64,000 bases of DNA from Alphaproteobacteria bacterium (GCA_965205265.1 CBDBGH010000003.1:3104001-3168000); one strand, 5' to 3'; positions 1-10,640 are shown, counted from the first letter of the stretch. The notes: generated from the letters alone by a model not told the origin. Made by a program: numbers and translations.

Positions 1-1062
1 GTGGCTCGGTCCGTCCATGACCGGCGAGAAGCAGCCGCCGTCGAAAGCGGGCGAGCGGCGCCCCTGCTGCATCCGCTCGACGACGCCCACATCCTCTGCG
101 AACACCTCTTGCCAGCGGTCGCGAAGCCGGTCCCGCGCCCCGCCATAAGCGGACGCCGCCGCCGCCGCCTCCAGGCACCAGAGCCGCGCATCCTCCGCCG
201 TCAGGTCCGGGGCCAGCGGGTCGAGGCGCATGGCGAAGAAATGGTCCATATGCGCGCCCAGCAGCAGGTTGGGATAGAGGGCCACATATTCGGCGATCGG
301 GCGGTCTTCGGCTGCGGGCAGTTCGCTGCGGGCCGCATAGCAATGCGACCCCTGGCCGGAGAAGGACGCCTCGACGATGGGATAGTGGTCGGCCAGCGGG
401 GAAATGCGGTTCAGCTCCGGATGGATCCAGGGCAGGTGGTAGGCCTCGCAATAGTTCTCGACCGCAAGCTTCCAGTTGGCGCCGAGCCGCAGGCGGATCG
501 GCTCGACGTCCGCCGGTCGGTAGCGCGCCAGCGGGAAGTGCCGCCACCGCGCCAGCAGCGGCGCGAGCCAGTCCTCCAGCGCAGGCGCGGCGCCGGACAG
601 GTCCGCGAACACCATGTCGAGCCACACGGCCGCGCGCACCGGCACGAGCCCGCGTTCGCTCTTGCGGAAGCCCGGCGCCTCATGGCGGCCGACGCCGCCG
701 ATATGCGGCGTGGCGCGCAGCCGGCCTTCCAGGTCGTAGGTCCAGCTGTGGTAGGGGCAGCGCACGGCGGTCCTGCCGCGTTCCGGCTTGTCCACAAGGC
801 GGACGCCGCGATGGCGGCAGACATTGTGGAAGCAGCGGATTTCACCCTCGTCTGTCCGCACCAGCAACAGCGCCATACCCATCGCGTCCACCGGCATGAG
901 GTCGCCGGGCGCGGCGAGGTCGCTCGCAAAGCCGATGCAGAACCAGCCCCGGCCGAAGAGGCGCCGGCGCTCGTCGTCGAAGGCGGAGGCTTCGGTGTAG
1001 CAGCGCCCGGGCAGGCCGCGCGCCGTCTCGATGGGCCTGAGGACACTCGCCAGGTCGTTCAT
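1..1062 (-). CDS. Rieske aromatic ring-hydroxylating oxygenase alpha subunit (choline monooxygenase/CntA-like); 3' end runs off the window
   Basis: Not in the ORF track. Hand translation from ATG 1062: MNDLASVLRPIETARGLPG...FHNVCRHRG...RCPYHSWTYDLEG (Rieske CxH...CxxH); the window-edge end reads ...FDGGCFSPVMDGPSH in the same frame. Confidence 0.9.
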   Translation of the reverse strand, partial: MNDLASVLRPIETARGLPGRCYTEASAFDDERRRLFGRGWFCIGFASDLAAPGDLMPVDAMGMALLLVRTDEGEIRCFHNVCRHRGVRLVDKPERGRTAVRCPYHSWTYDLEGRLRATPHIGGVGRHEAPGFRKSERGLVPVRAAVWLDMVFADLSGAAPALEDWLAPLLARWRHFPLARYRPADVEPIRLRLGANWKLAVENYCEAYHLPWIHPELNRISPLADHYPIVEASFSGQGSHCYAARSELPAAEDRPIAEYVALYPNLLLGAHMDHFFAMRLDPLAPDLTAEDARLWCLEAAAAASAYGGARDRLRDRWQEVFAEDVGVVERMQQGRRSPAFDGGCFSPVMDGPSH

Positions 1063-1179
1063 CTCGGGATCGCTCCGCCAGATTCGGGCAGGCTCGAGTC
1101 TGCCGCGTTGCGGGGGAAGTCCCGCGCCCGGATGCGACGCCGAACGGGCGGGAATGCGACCGCGAAGCCCGGTCGTCGT

Positions 1180-1563
1180 TCAGATGTCCCCCTCCGCCCC
1201 GGCGAGGACCACGACATAGCCGTCCGGGTCGCCGAGCCAGCATTCGCGGTGGCGGGCATTCGGATTGACATGCGGCTCCTCGAGAATGTCCGCGCCGAGC
1301 GCACGCGCGCGGGCGACCGCGGCGTCGAAAGCATCCGTGCGGAACCAGAGCAGCACGCCGTTGCCGTATGGCTTCGACGCCGGGTCGCCCATATGGGGAT
1401 GGTCGTGCGCGTCCCAGCGGTGAAGCTGGAGGATGAGCCGGCCGCCGGAAAGCAGCCGCTCGTAGTCCGGCCCGCCATGCCCGCTCTCGCATCCGAGCAG
1501 TGCCCGGTACCAGAGGCTGCTCGCCTCCACATCGGCCACGGCGATCGGAGGCTGCGGTTCCAT
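1180..1563 (-). CDS. VOC/glyoxalase family protein
   Basis: IAVADVEASSLWY...ECWLGDPDGYVVVL VOC pattern. Confidence 0.85.
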   Translation of the reverse strand: MEPQPPIAVADVEASSLWYRALLGCESGHGGPDYERLLSGGRLILQLHRWDAHDHPHMGDPASKPYGNGVLLWFRTDAFDAAVARARALGADILEEPHVNPNARHRECWLGDPDGYVVVLAGAEGDI

Positions 1564-1592
1564 GCGTCCTCCCTGCCCTCGCCCGGTAGCCC

Positions 1593-3185
1593 TCACACCC
1601 CTGTCAGGATCATCTCGGCGGCCTTCTCCCCGATCATGATGGAGGGGGCGTTGGTGTTGCCGGAGGTGAGGGTGGGCATGATCGAGGCGTCGGCGACGCG
1701 CAGCCCCTCCATGCCGCGGACCCGCAGCCGGTCGTCCACGACAGCCATCGGGTCCGAGCCCATCTTGCAGGTGCCGACCGGATGGTAGGTGGTCTCCGCG
1801 TTCTCCTTTACCCAGGCGATCAGGTCGTCGTCGCTCTCCAGCTTTTCACCGGGCGCCATTTCCTCGCCGACGATGCCTTCCAGCGCCGCCGCGCCCATCA
1901 TACGGCGCGTCATGCGCATGCCGCCGAGCGTGACGGTGCGGTCGAGCTCGGCGGAGAGGAAGTTGAAGCGGATTTCCGGCGGCGCGGCCGGGTCGGCGGA
2001 GGCCGCATGGATGCTGCCGGTGCTCTCCGAGCGCAGCGGATGGGTGATGACCGTGATCCCCGATTCCTTCGCCAGCTTGAAATTCGGCGTGGCGAGGAAA
2101 GGAATGAAAGACATCATGGCGTCGGGGCTCGCCAGCCCCGGCCGGGTGCGGATATAGGCGCGGACCGGCGAGGCCGGCAGGCTGAGCAGGCCGGTCCGGG
2201 CGCCCGCGAATTTCAGCGCCTGCCAGACGAGGCCGAGACCGCGGGCCCTGTCATTGTAGGTCAGGCCCCTGGCGGGGATGCGCCATTTCATGCGCGGCGC
2301 GTAATGGTCGCGCAGGTTCTCGCCGACGCCCGGCAGGTCGTGGACGACGGGGATGCCGAGCGCCTTCAGCCGCTCCGCCTGGCCGATGCCGGAGACTTCC
2401 AGCAATTGCGGCGAGGCGACGGCACCTGCGCTTACGACCACCTCGGCCCCGGCGCGGGCCTCGTGGACCTCGCCGCCGCGCCGGTAGCGCACGCCCGTGC
2501 AGCGCCGGCCTTCGAACAGCAGCGCCTCCGTCGCGGCATTGGCGCGGATGTCGAGATTGGGCCGCGAGCGCACCGGGTCCAGATAGCAATGCGCCGTGCT
2601 CATGCGCCGCCCGCCGGAGATCGACGCCTGCGTCATGGAGATGCCGTCCTGCGAGGCGCCGTTATAGTCGGGATTGTAATCGAGGCCGATTTCCTGCCCC
2701 GCCCGGATGATGGCGTCGTAAAGCGGGCCGCTTTCGGCAAGGTCGGAGACGCGGAGCGGGCCGTCCCGGCCCCGGTATTCGTCCTCGCCGCCGGCATAGC
2801 TCTCCATCTTGCGGAACAGCGGCAGCACGTCGCGGTAGGACCAGCCGCGATTGCCGAGCTGCGCCCAGCCGTCGAAATCCTCCGCCTGGCCGCGCACGAA
2901 CACCATGCCGTTGATGGCCGACGAGCCGCCGAGCAGCCGCCCGCGCGGCACGGGGATGCGCCGGCCGCCCGTGCTCTCCTCGGGCTCGGAGGAGTAGAGC
3001 CAATTGGCGGCGGGGTTGTCGATCAGGCGGGCGAAGCCGATGGGGACGGGCGACCAGGGATGGCTCGGCCGGCCCGCCTCCAGCAGCAGCACACGACGGG
3101 CCGGGTCCGCCGAAAGCCGGTTCGCCAGCGCCGAGCCCGCAGACCCCGCCCCCACGACGATATAGTCGAAACGCTCTTCCGCCAT
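1593..3185 (-). CDS. GMC oxidoreductase (choline dehydrogenase-like)
   Basis: DYIVVGAGSAG, GRLLGGSSAINGM, YHPVGTCKMG, SGNTNAP motifs. Confidence 0.93.
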   Translation of the reverse strand: MAEERFDYIVVGAGSAGSALANRLSADPARRVLLLEAGRPSHPWSPVPIGFARLIDNPAANWLYSSEPEESTGGRRIPVPRGRLLGGSSAINGMVFVRGQAEDFDGWAQLGNRGWSYRDVLPLFRKMESYAGGEDEYRGRDGPLRVSDLAESGPLYDAIIRAGQEIGLDYNPDYNGASQDGISMTQASISGGRRMSTAHCYLDPVRSRPNLDIRANAATEALLFEGRRCTGVRYRRGGEVHEARAGAEVVVSAGAVASPQLLEVSGIGQAERLKALGIPVVHDLPGVGENLRDHYAPRMKWRIPARGLTYNDRARGLGLVWQALKFAGARTGLLSLPASPVRAYIRTRPGLASPDAMMSFIPFLATPNFKLAKESGITVITHPLRSESTGSIHAASADPAAPPEIRFNFLSAELDRTVTLGGMRMTRRMMGAAALEGIVGEEMAPGEKLESDDDLIAWVKENAETTYHPVGTCKMGSDPMAVVDDRLRVRGMEGLRVADASIMPTLTSGNTNAPSIMIGEKAAEMILTGV

Positions 3186-3266
3186 GCCGCTTTCCTCCCC
3201 CGGCACCCGTCCGTCCTTCGATTGTTGCCCCGGAGGCGGCCCGGGGTCCAGCCTTGCCGATCCGCT

Positions 3267-4088
3267 CTAACCGGCCCGGTCGCGGTGCTTCGCGAGGAAG
3301 GCAAGGAGTGCTGTATTGAACGCTTCGGGGCGCTCGATGTTGGTGAGGTGGCCGGCGCCTTCGATCTCCACGAATTCCGAGCCGGGGATGCGTTCGTGCA
3401 GCGCCCTGCCGATGGCGGGCGGGGTGAGCGTGTCGTGCTCGCCGTAGATGAGGAGCGTCGGGACCCGGATGCGCTCGATTTCGGCGGATCGGTCGAAGGT
3501 GAGCGAGGCTTCGATGGTCTTCAGGTAGGAGTCCTTGTGAAGGGCGGCGATGCTCTCCCACAGCTTCCGGCGCGCCGCACCGTCTGCGCCGGGCGCGACC
3601 AGGCTCTCCACCAGCGCATCCGCGATGTCGCGCGGCTCCCTGCCCGCCTTGAGCGGCGCCTGGCGCAGCCGGATGAATTCGGCGCGCTGTTCCGGCGTCA
3701 TGGACTCCTGGAAGTCCGCCCTCGTGTCGCACAGCACCAGGGTGGCGACCCGTTCCGGGAAGCGCGCATGGAAGTCCTGCGCGATCCGTCCGCCCATGGA
3801 GAGGCCGACGAAATGCGCCCGTTCCGCCCCGAACCGGTCGAGCACCCGAAGCGCGTCCTCGGTGAAATCGCCGAAATCGAGCGGGCCTTCATAGTCGTCC
3901 GAGCCGCCATAGCCGCGCGCATCCCAGGCGACGGCGTGGTAGCTGCCGCTGAGCGCTTCGATCTGCGCCGTCCAGTTCCTCCGGTTGCCGCCGATACCAT
4001 GGAGGAAGAACACCAGCGGGCCGGACCCCGCCCGGTCGAGGGCGAGCCGGGGCGTCCCCTCGACGAAGACCGTCTCGATGTCCGTCAT
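3267..4088 (-). CDS. alpha/beta fold hydrolase
   Basis: LHGIGG, GLSMGG nucleophile elbow, GEHD, AGH; GGAGG RBS before ATG 4088. Confidence 0.9.
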   Translation of the reverse strand: MTDIETVFVEGTPRLALDRAGSGPLVFFLHGIGGNRRNWTAQIEALSGSYHAVAWDARGYGGSDDYEGPLDFGDFTEDALRVLDRFGAERAHFVGLSMGGRIAQDFHARFPERVATLVLCDTRADFQESMTPEQRAEFIRLRQAPLKAGREPRDIADALVESLVAPGADGAARRKLWESIAALHKDSYLKTIEASLTFDRSAEIERIRVPTLLIYGEHDTLTPPAIGRALHERIPGSEFVEIEGAGHLTNIERPEAFNTALLAFLAKHRDRAG

Positions 4089-4187
4089 GCCCGAACGCCT
4101 CCCTTCGTCGTGCCCGAACGCCTTTCCGGCAGGCTCAGGGGCAGTCCCCCCTCCGCCATGCCCCAACGTCCCCCTTCGTCATACCCG
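4083..4187. repeat. Degenerate 23-bp direct repeat units (cgtcatgcccgaacgcctccctt-like) starting at 4083, 4106, 4154 and 4177 (the last matches only at its start)
   Basis: Direct reading: cgtcatgcccgaacgcct / cgtcgtgcccgaacgcct / cgccatgccccaacgtcc / cgtcatacccg. Confidence 0.65.
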
Positions 4188-4266
4188 GACTTGTTCCGGG
4201 TATCCATGCGGCCCTCCGGCGGAAGGGGCGGCAGGAGATGCCCGGAACAAGTCCGGGCATGACGAA
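4175..4266. repeat. REP-like palindromic intergenic element with 30-bp inverted arms
   Basis: ttcgtcatacccggacttgttccgggtatc (4175-4204) and gatgcccggaacaagtccgggcatgacgaa (4237-4266); each arm is itself a hairpin; resembles common alphaproteobacterial intergenic repeats. Confidence 0.85.
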
Positions 4267-4320
4267 TAGGGGCCCGATATGGCTGGAAGTAAGCCGGACG
4301 ACGATGCTCTCCGGCCGCCT

Positions 4321-5748
4321 TCAGACCGAGAAGCCGCCGAGCTTGGTTTCCAGATATTCGGCGATGCCCTCATGGCCGCCCTCGCGGCCGAGGCCGCTTT
4401 CCTTGGAGCCGCCGAAGGGGGCGGCCGCGGCCGTCGGGTTGATGTCGTTGATGCCGACAATGCCGAATTTCAGGCCCTCGAACATGCGGAAGCCCTTGGC
4501 CATGTCGCGGGTATAGACATAGGAGGCGAGGCCGTAATGGGTGTCGTTGGCCATGGCGAGCGCCTCCTCCTCGTCCCGGAAGGCGATGATCGGCGCGACC
4601 GGCCCGAAGGTCTCCTCGCGGTAGATCTGCATGTCGGGCGCAACGCCGGAGAGCACAGTCGGCGCATAGAAGGTGCCCTTCGCGAGCGCACCGTCGGTCA
4701 TGCGGTGGCCGCCGCAGAGTACCTCCGCCCCGCGTCCGGCGGCGTCCGCAACCTGGCGCTCGACCTTCTCTATCGCCGCCTCATCGACCAGCGGGCCGAT
4801 CTGCACGCCGTCCTCCAGCCCGTTGCCGGCGCGCATGCGCCCGACGCGCGAGACGAACTCGTCCGTGAAGGCCTCGACCGCATTCTCATGCACGAAGATG
4901 CGGTTCGGGCAGATGCAGGCCTGGCCCGTATTCAGGAACTTGACCAGCGCAGCACCCTTGGCCGCGTGGACGGGGTCCGCATCCTCCAGCACCAGGAAAG
5001 GCGCATGGCCGCCGAGCTCCAGCGAAACGCGCTTCATGCTCGCAGCGGCGCGCGCGGCGATCGTCTTGCCGACCTCGGTCGAGCCGGTGAAGGTGATCTT
5101 GCGGACCCTCGGGTCGGTCAGGAACACGTCGCCGATGGGCGCGGGGTCCTCCGCCGTCACGAGATTGACGACGCCCGCCGGGACGCCCGCCGCCTCCAGG
5201 CACTCGAACACCTTGACCGCCGAGAGCGGCGTCGCCTCGGCGGGCTTCAGCACGATGGTGCAGCCGGCGGCGATGGCGGGCGCCACCTTCCGCGTCACCA
5301 TCGAAACCGGATAATTCCATGGCGTGACCGCAGCGACGACGCCCACCGGCTGGCGCAGCACCATGAAGCGCTGGTCGCCGCGCGGGGCCGGGATGGTCTC
5401 GCCATAGACGCGCTTCGCCTCCTCGGCATACCAGAGCAGGAAGTCCGCGCCGTAGCGCACCTCGTTGCGGGCCGCGCGCAGCGGCTTGCCCTGTTCGAGC
5501 GTCATGGTGCGGGCGAGATCCTCCGCCCGCTCGGTCATGATCTCCCAGGCGCGGTAGAGGATGCGCGAGCGCTCATAGGCCGTCCGGCCCGCCCAGCCGG
5601 GAAAGGCGCGCTCCGCCGCCTCGATGGCGCGTGCTGCATCCGCGCCGCCGCCGTCCGGCGCCTCGCCGATGACATCGCCGTTTGCCGGGTTCGTCACCCG
5701 GAAGCGCCCGCCGCCCGCCGCCTCGCACCACACGCCGTCGATGAACAT
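4321..5748 (-). CDS. gabD: NAD(P)-dependent succinate-semialdehyde dehydrogenase family aldehyde dehydrogenase
   Basis: TPWNYP, FTGSTEVGK, LELGGHAP, GQACIC, EETFGP, PFGGSKESGLGREG. Confidence 0.85.
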   Translation of the reverse strand: MFIDGVWCEAAGGGRFRVTNPANGDVIGEAPDGGGADAARAIEAAERAFPGWAGRTAYERSRILYRAWEIMTERAEDLARTMTLEQGKPLRAARNEVRYGADFLLWYAEEAKRVYGETIPAPRGDQRFMVLRQPVGVVAAVTPWNYPVSMVTRKVAPAIAAGCTIVLKPAEATPLSAVKVFECLEAAGVPAGVVNLVTAEDPAPIGDVFLTDPRVRKITFTGSTEVGKTIAARAAASMKRVSLELGGHAPFLVLEDADPVHAAKGAALVKFLNTGQACICPNRIFVHENAVEAFTDEFVSRVGRMRAGNGLEDGVQIGPLVDEAAIEKVERQVADAAGRGAEVLCGGHRMTDGALAKGTFYAPTVLSGVAPDMQIYREETFGPVAPIIAFRDEEEALAMANDTHYGLASYVYTRDMAKGFRMFEGLKFGIVGINDINPTAAAAPFGGSKESGLGREGGHEGIAEYLETKLGGFSV

Positions 5749-5889
5749 GGCCCCGTTCCCCTCCGCTTTCCGTCGGCAAAAGAGGCCCTTACCCCGCCAG
5801 CGCCGCAGGCTCAAGGTTTCCGCCGCCGCTTGCGCCGGGCCGTTTCCCGCAACACCATGGAGGAAGAGGACCGGAAAGGGGATGGACCG

Positions 5890-6759
5890 ATGAAATTCGC
5901 GCTGCGCTATTGCAACACCGGACGCTACACCGACCCGGCGGAGGCGGTGGCCCTGCTGCAGGCCGGCGAGGCGGCGGGGTTCGAATCCGCCTGGACCATC
6001 GAGCACACCGTGGTGCCGAAGGGATACCGGTCCTCCTACCCTTATGCGGCCGGCGGCAGGATGCCCGGCGACGAGGCGGAGTTCGTAATGCCGGACCCGC
6101 TGATCTGGATGTCCTGGGCGGCGGCGCATACGGAGCGCATCCGCCTCGGCACCGCCATCCTGATCCTGCCGCAGCACAATCCCGTCGTCACCGCCAAGCA
6201 GGTGGCCACGCTGGACGCCATGTCGGGCGGGCGGATCGAGCTCGGCATCGGCGTCGGCTGGCTGCGCGAAGAGTTCGATGCACTCGGCGTGCCCTTCGAG
6301 GACCGGGGCGCGCGCACGGACGACTATGTGCATGCCATGCGCGAGCTCTGGCGGTCTCCCGCGCCGACCTACAGGGGCCGCTTCGTCTCCTTCGAGAACG
6401 CCTTCATGCGCCCGAAACCGGCGAACGGCACGGTGCCGATCACGGTGGGCGGCCACTCGAAGGCCGCAGCCCGGCGGGCCGGGCGGCTCGGCGACGGCTT
6501 CTTCCCGGCGCGCGGCGCACCCGAGGAGCTGTTCGACCTCGTGCGCGCGACGGCGCGCGAGCATGGGCGCGACCCCGACTCGATCACGCTCACCTGCTCG
6601 ATCCCGGACGATCTGGACGAACTGCCGCGCCTGACCGCGATGGGCGTCGGGCGCGTCACCGTGCCGGTGACCGGGGTTGCGGGCCTCGCCATGCGGGTGG
6701 ACGGACCGGAAGACGTGATGGCGTGGAAGGAAACCATCGAGCGCTACGCCGACCTCTGA
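5890..6759 (+). CDS. LLM class (luciferase-like, putatively F420-dependent) oxidoreductase
   Basis: GFESAWTIEHTVVP, DPLIWMSWAAAHTERIRLGT, LDAMSGGR, GWLREEF. Confidence 0.88.
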   Translation: MKFALRYCNTGRYTDPAEAVALLQAGEAAGFESAWTIEHTVVPKGYRSSYPYAAGGRMPGDEAEFVMPDPLIWMSWAAAHTERIRLGTAILILPQHNPVVTAKQVATLDAMSGGRIELGIGVGWLREEFDALGVPFEDRGARTDDYVHAMRELWRSPAPTYRGRFVSFENAFMRPKPANGTVPITVGGHSKAAARRAGRLGDGFFPARGAPEELFDLVRATAREHGRDPDSITLTCSIPDDLDELPRLTAMGVGRVTVPVTGVAGLAMRVDGPEDVMAWKETIERYADL

Positions 6760-6776
6760 GCAGGCGCGGGCCCGGG

Positions 6777-7511
6777 TCACGCCCGGACGGCGGCGATCAG
6801 GTATTCGACATTGCCTTCCGGGCCGCGCACCGGGCTTTCCTCCAGACCGAGCACGGACCAGCCGTCCAGGCCGTCGAGCCAGGCGCGGACGGCCTCGCAG
6901 ACCTCCCGGCGCACCTCCGGGTCGCGCACGACGCCGCCCTTGCCGACGCGCGCCCGCCCGGCTTCGAATTGCGGCTTGACGAGCGCCACCAGATGCGCGC
7001 CGGGGCGGGTGAGCGCGAGCGGCGCGGGCAGCACCGTCCCGAGCGGGATGAAGGAGGCGTCGCAGACGACCAGATCGATGAGGTCCGGGACTTCGGCCGC
7101 CGTCAGGTAGCGGGCATTGGTGCGCTCCAGCACGCGCACGCGGGCATCGTTGCGCAGCTTCCAGGCGAGCTGCCCGCGCCCGACATCGACGGCCCACACG
7201 CAGGCCGCGCCGTTGGCCAGCAGAACATCCGTGAAGCCGCCCGTGGAAGCCCCGACATCCAGGCATATCCGTTCCCGGACGGGAATCGCGAAGGCGTCGA
7301 GGCCGTGCGCCAGCTTCAGCCCGCCGCGCGAGACCCAGGGATGCGCCCGCCCGCGCACCTCCAGCGGCGTGTCCGGGCCGATGGCATGGCCCGCCTTGTC
7401 GAGCCTTCGCGCGCCGGAATAGACCTTGCCCCCGAGGACAAGCGCCTGCGCCTGCGTCCGGTTTTCCGCGAGGCCGCGCGCGACCAGAATCCGGTCGAGG
7501 CGGTCCTTCAC
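6777..7511 (-). CDS. tlyA: TlyA family rRNA 2'-O-methyltransferase
   Basis: S4 domain [37 protein letters not shown]. Confidence 0.95.
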   Translation of the reverse strand: MKDRLDRILVARGLAENRTQAQALVLGGKVYSGARRLDKAGHAIGPDTPLEVRGRAHPWVSRGGLKLAHGLDAFAIPVRERICLDVGASTGGFTDVLLANGAACVWAVDVGRGQLAWKLRNDARVRVLERTNARYLTAAEVPDLIDLVVCDASFIPLGTVLPAPLALTRPGAHLVALVKPQFEAGRARVGKGGVVRDPEVRREVCEAVRAWLDGLDGWSVLGLEESPVRGPEGNVEYLIAAVRA

Positions 7512-9427
7512 CCCACTGCCGCGACCGGCGCAGGGCCGAAGGCGGCGAACACCGTCCGGAAAATGGCGTCCGTGTCCAGCCCCGCCTGGGCCACCTGCGC
7601 TTCCGGCTTGTCATGGTCGATGAAGACATCCGGCATGACCAGCGAGCGGACCTTCAGGCTGCCGTCCAGAAGGCCGCGGCCGGCCAGGAACTGGAGCACG
7701 AAGGCCCCGAAACCGCCGACCGAGCCCTCCTCGACCGTGACCAGCAGTTCGTGGTTCTCCGCCAGCCGGCGCACAAGGTCCTCGTCGAGCGGCTTGGCGA
7801 AACGCGCATCGGCGACCGTGGTCGAAATTCCCTCGGTCTCCAGCCGTTCCGCCGCCGCCAGCGCATCGTGGAGCCGCGCACCGTAGGAGAGGATGGCCGC
7901 CTTCGAGCCTTCGCGCATAATCCGGCCCCTGCCGATTTCCAGCGCCTCGCCGCGTTCCGGCAGGGGCACCCCGACGCCCTCGCCGCGCGCATAGCGCAGC
8001 GCCGAGGGTCCCTCGTCGATGCCCACGGCCGTTGCGACCATATGCACGAGGTCTGCTTCATCGGCGGCCGCCATCAGCACGAAATTCGGCAGGCAGCCGA
8101 GATAGGCGATATCGAAGGCGCCGCAATGGGTCGCGCCGTCGGCGCCGACATAGCCCGCCCGGTCGATGGCGAAACGCACCGGCAGCGACTGGATCGCGAC
8201 ATCGTGGACGACCTGGTCGTAGCCGCGCTGCAGGAAGGTCGAATAGATCGCCGCAAAGGGCTTCATGCCCTCGCAGGCGAGCCCCGCAGCGAAGGTCACC
8301 GCATGCTGCTCGGCGATGCCGACATCGAAAGCGCGGTCCGGGAAGCGCGCGCCGAACGCGTCCACGCCCGTGCCGGACGGCATGGCCGCGGTAATGGCGC
8401 AGACCGCCGGGTCGCGCTCCGCTTCGGCGATCAGGCTCTTCGCGAAAACCGAGGTGTAGGACGGCGCGGCGGGCTTCGACTTGGCCTGCACACCGGTGTC
8501 GAGGTCGAACTTGGAAACGCCGTGATACTTGTCGCCGGAGGTTTCCGCCGGCTCGTAGCCCTTGCCCTTCTGCGTGACCGCATGGATCAGCACCGGCCCG
8601 CGCCCGTCCGTGTCGCGGACATTGCGCAGGATGGGCAGCAGATGGTCGAGATTGTGGCCGTCGATCGGGCCCACATAGTAGAAGCCCATCTCCTCGAACA
8701 GCGTGCCCCCGGTGACGAGGCCGCGCGCATATTCCTCCGCTCTCAGCGCCGCGGTCTCGAACGGCTTCGGGAAGCGCCGCGCCACTTCCTTGGCAACCTG
8801 CCTGAGCGAGCGGTAGGAACGCGACGAAATCAGCCGCGCGAGATAGTTGCTCATCGCCCCGACATTGGGCGCGATCGACATGTCGTTGTCGTTCAGCACC
8901 ACGACAAGCGGCAGTTCCATCGCGCCGGCATTGTTCATCGCCTCATAAGCCATGCCGGCCGTCATGGCGCCGTCGCCGATCACGGCGATGCACCGCCTGC
9001 TCTCGCCGCGAAGCTGGGCCCCCGCCGCCATGCCGAGCGCCGCCGAGATCGAGGTCGAGCTGTGCGCGGCGCCGAAGGGGTCGTAGGGGCTCTCCACGCG
9101 GCGGGTGAAGCCGGACAGGCCGCCGCCCTGGCGCAAGGTGCGCATCCCGGACCGCCGCCCGGTCAGGATCTTGTGCGGATAGGCCTGATGGCTCACATCC
9201 CAGATCAGCCGGTCATGCGGGGTTTCGAACACCGCATGCAGCGCCACGGTCAGTTCGATCACGCCGAGGCTGGCGCCCAGATGGCCGCCCGTCTGGGAAA
9301 CCGTGTCCACGGTCTCGAAACGCAGTTCGGCTGCCAGCTGCTTCAACTCGTTGTCGGAGAGTTCCCGGAGGTCCGCGGGAGAGTCGATGCGGTCCAGCAA
9401 CGGGGTCGTTCGGTTGGACAGGTACAT
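7508..9427 (-). CDS. dxs: 1-deoxy-D-xylulose-5-phosphate synthase
   Basis: [42 protein letters not shown]. Confidence 0.97.
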   Translation of the reverse strand: MYLSNRTTPLLDRIDSPADLRELSDNELKQLAAELRFETVDTVSQTGGHLGASLGVIELTVALHAVFETPHDRLIWDVSHQAYPHKILTGRRSGMRTLRQGGGLSGFTRRVESPYDPFGAAHSSTSISAALGMAAGAQLRGESRRCIAVIGDGAMTAGMAYEAMNNAGAMELPLVVVLNDNDMSIAPNVGAMSNYLARLISSRSYRSLRQVAKEVARRFPKPFETAALRAEEYARGLVTGGTLFEEMGFYYVGPIDGHNLDHLLPILRNVRDTDGRGPVLIHAVTQKGKGYEPAETSGDKYHGVSKFDLDTGVQAKSKPAAPSYTSVFAKSLIAEAERDPAVCAITAAMPSGTGVDAFGARFPDRAFDVGIAEQHAVTFAAGLACEGMKPFAAIYSTFLQRGYDQVVHDVAIQSLPVRFAIDRAGYVGADGATHCGAFDIAYLGCLPNFVLMAAADEADLVHMVATAVGIDEGPSALRYARGEGVGVPLPERGEALEIGRGRIMREGSKAAILSYGARLHDALAAAERLETEGISTTVADARFAKPLDEDLVRRLAENHELLVTVEEGSVGGFGAFVLQFLAGRGLLDGSLKVRSLVMPDVFIDHDKPEAQVAQAGLDTDAIFRTVFAAFGPAPVAAVG

Positions 9428-9437
9428 GGGATACCTC

Positions 9438-10325
9438 TCAACTGCTGCGTTCGACAGCGAACCGGGCGGCGTCCCGCAGCGGGTCCGCGCGGGCGCCGAA
9501 ACAATCCAGATGCGCGGCCGCCTGTTCGCTCAGAATCTTCGCCCGCGCCCGCGCCGCCTCAATGCCGAGAAGCGAGACGACCGTGGCCTTGCCCTGCCCG
9601 GCGTCCTTGCGCAGGCGCTTGCCCGCCTCTTCTTCGGAGCCGTCGGCGTCGATCAGGTCGTCTGCGATCTGGAAGGCGAAACCCAGGTCCTGGGCATAGG
9701 CGGTGAGCGCCCGCTCCGCATCGGCCGCCGCCCCGCCCAGCAGCGCGCCCGCCCGGCAGCAGAAGGCAATGAGCGCGCCGGTCTTCATGCGCTCCAGACG
9801 GGCGATCTCGCCATATTCGAAATCGGTCCGCTCGGCGAGCATGTCGAGCATCTGGCCGCCGCACATGCCCTCGGCGCCGGCGGCGCGCGCCAGCCCGGCG
9901 ACCAGCCTCAGGCGAACGGTCGGGCTCGGATGCGTTTCGGCATCGGCCAGCACTTCGAAGGCCAGCGTCAGCAGGGCGTCGCCCGCCAGAATGGCGGTCG
10001 CCTCGTCCCAGGCGGCGTGGACTGTCGGCCGGCCGCGCCGGAGGTCGTCATCGTCCATGGCCGGCAAGTCGTCATGGACCAGCGAATAGCAATGCACCAG
10101 CTCGACCGCCGCGCCGCAGCGCAGCGCAAAGCGTTCCTCCACGCCGAACAGGTCCGCCGAGGCGACCGCCAGAAACGGCCTGAGACGCTTGCCGGGGCCG
10201 AGCGCGGCATAGCGCATGGCATCGAAGAGCCGCCTCTCCGCGCGCCCCGTTTCCGGCAGCAGGCCGGCCAGTATCCGGTCAACCCTGGCGCGAACCCGGC
10301 CGAGACGGTCGGAAAAGCCCGTCAC
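9438..10325 (-). CDS. ispA: Farnesyl/geranyl diphosphate synthase
   Basis: [27 protein letters not shown]; GTG start overlapping the xseB stop. Confidence 0.93.
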   Translation of the reverse strand: MTGFSDRLGRVRARVDRILAGLLPETGRAERRLFDAMRYAALGPGKRLRPFLAVASADLFGVEERFALRCGAAVELVHCYSLVHDDLPAMDDDDLRRGRPTVHAAWDEATAILAGDALLTLAFEVLADAETHPSPTVRLRLVAGLARAAGAEGMCGGQMLDMLAERTDFEYGEIARLERMKTGALIAFCCRAGALLGGAAADAERALTAYAQDLGFAFQIADDLIDADGSEEEAGKRLRKDAGQGKATVVSLLGIEAARARAKILSEQAAAHLDCFGARADPLRDAARFAVERSS

Positions 10326-10576
10326 CCGCCGGCTTCCGGGTCGAGCGGTTCGGCAGCGGGAACGCCATTGCGGTCGAGCGCGATTTTCTCGACCTTCTCC
10401 TGCGCCAGACGCAGCTTGTCCTCGCAATGGCGTTTGAGCGCCGCGCCCCGCTCATAGGCAGCGATCGCCTCTTCGAGCGGCGTCCGGCCCTGCTCCAGCC
10501 GCTGGACGATCTGCTCCAGTTCCGCCATGGCGTCCTCGAAGCTCATCGCCGAAATTTCGGTCGTTCCGGCCGTCAA
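10322..10576 (-). CDS. xseB: Exodeoxyribonuclease VII small subunit
   Basis: SFEDAMAELEQIVQRLE...LEEAIAAYERG; TTG start with GGAGG RBS. Confidence 0.93.
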   Translation of the reverse strand: MTAGTTEISAMSFEDAMAELEQIVQRLEQGRTPLEEAIAAYERGAALKRHCEDKLRLAQEKVEKIALDRNGVPAAEPLDPEAGG

Positions 10577-10611
10577 AAGCCAACCTCCGCACCAAGCCAG
10601 AAAGCTCGTCT

Positions 10612-10640
10612 ATCCTACTATGTTTACTGCGCATATTCAA
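10612..10640 (-). promoter_or_regulatory. sigma70-like promoter of the xseB-ispA-dxs-tlyA operon
   Basis: Minus strand TTGAAT-N17-TAGGAT in an AT-rich islet. Confidence 0.55.

Noticed and set aside
1-1788. Long plus-strand ORF (595 aa) and similar long ORFs (e.g. 1782..4262, 7613..9706, 54095..56449, 59192..61033)
   Set aside because: Antisense shadows of real genes, expected in high-GC DNA; no recognisable motifs.
5976-5990. GGGTTCGAATCC tRNA T-loop-like motif
   Set aside because: Lies inside the LLM CDS (GFES) with no cloverleaf.
4321-7629. 1102-aa ORF suggesting a large fusion protein
   Set aside because: Only the last 475 aa (from ATG 5748) are an aldehyde dehydrogenase; the rest is a stop-free frame overlapping the LLM gene and tlyA.
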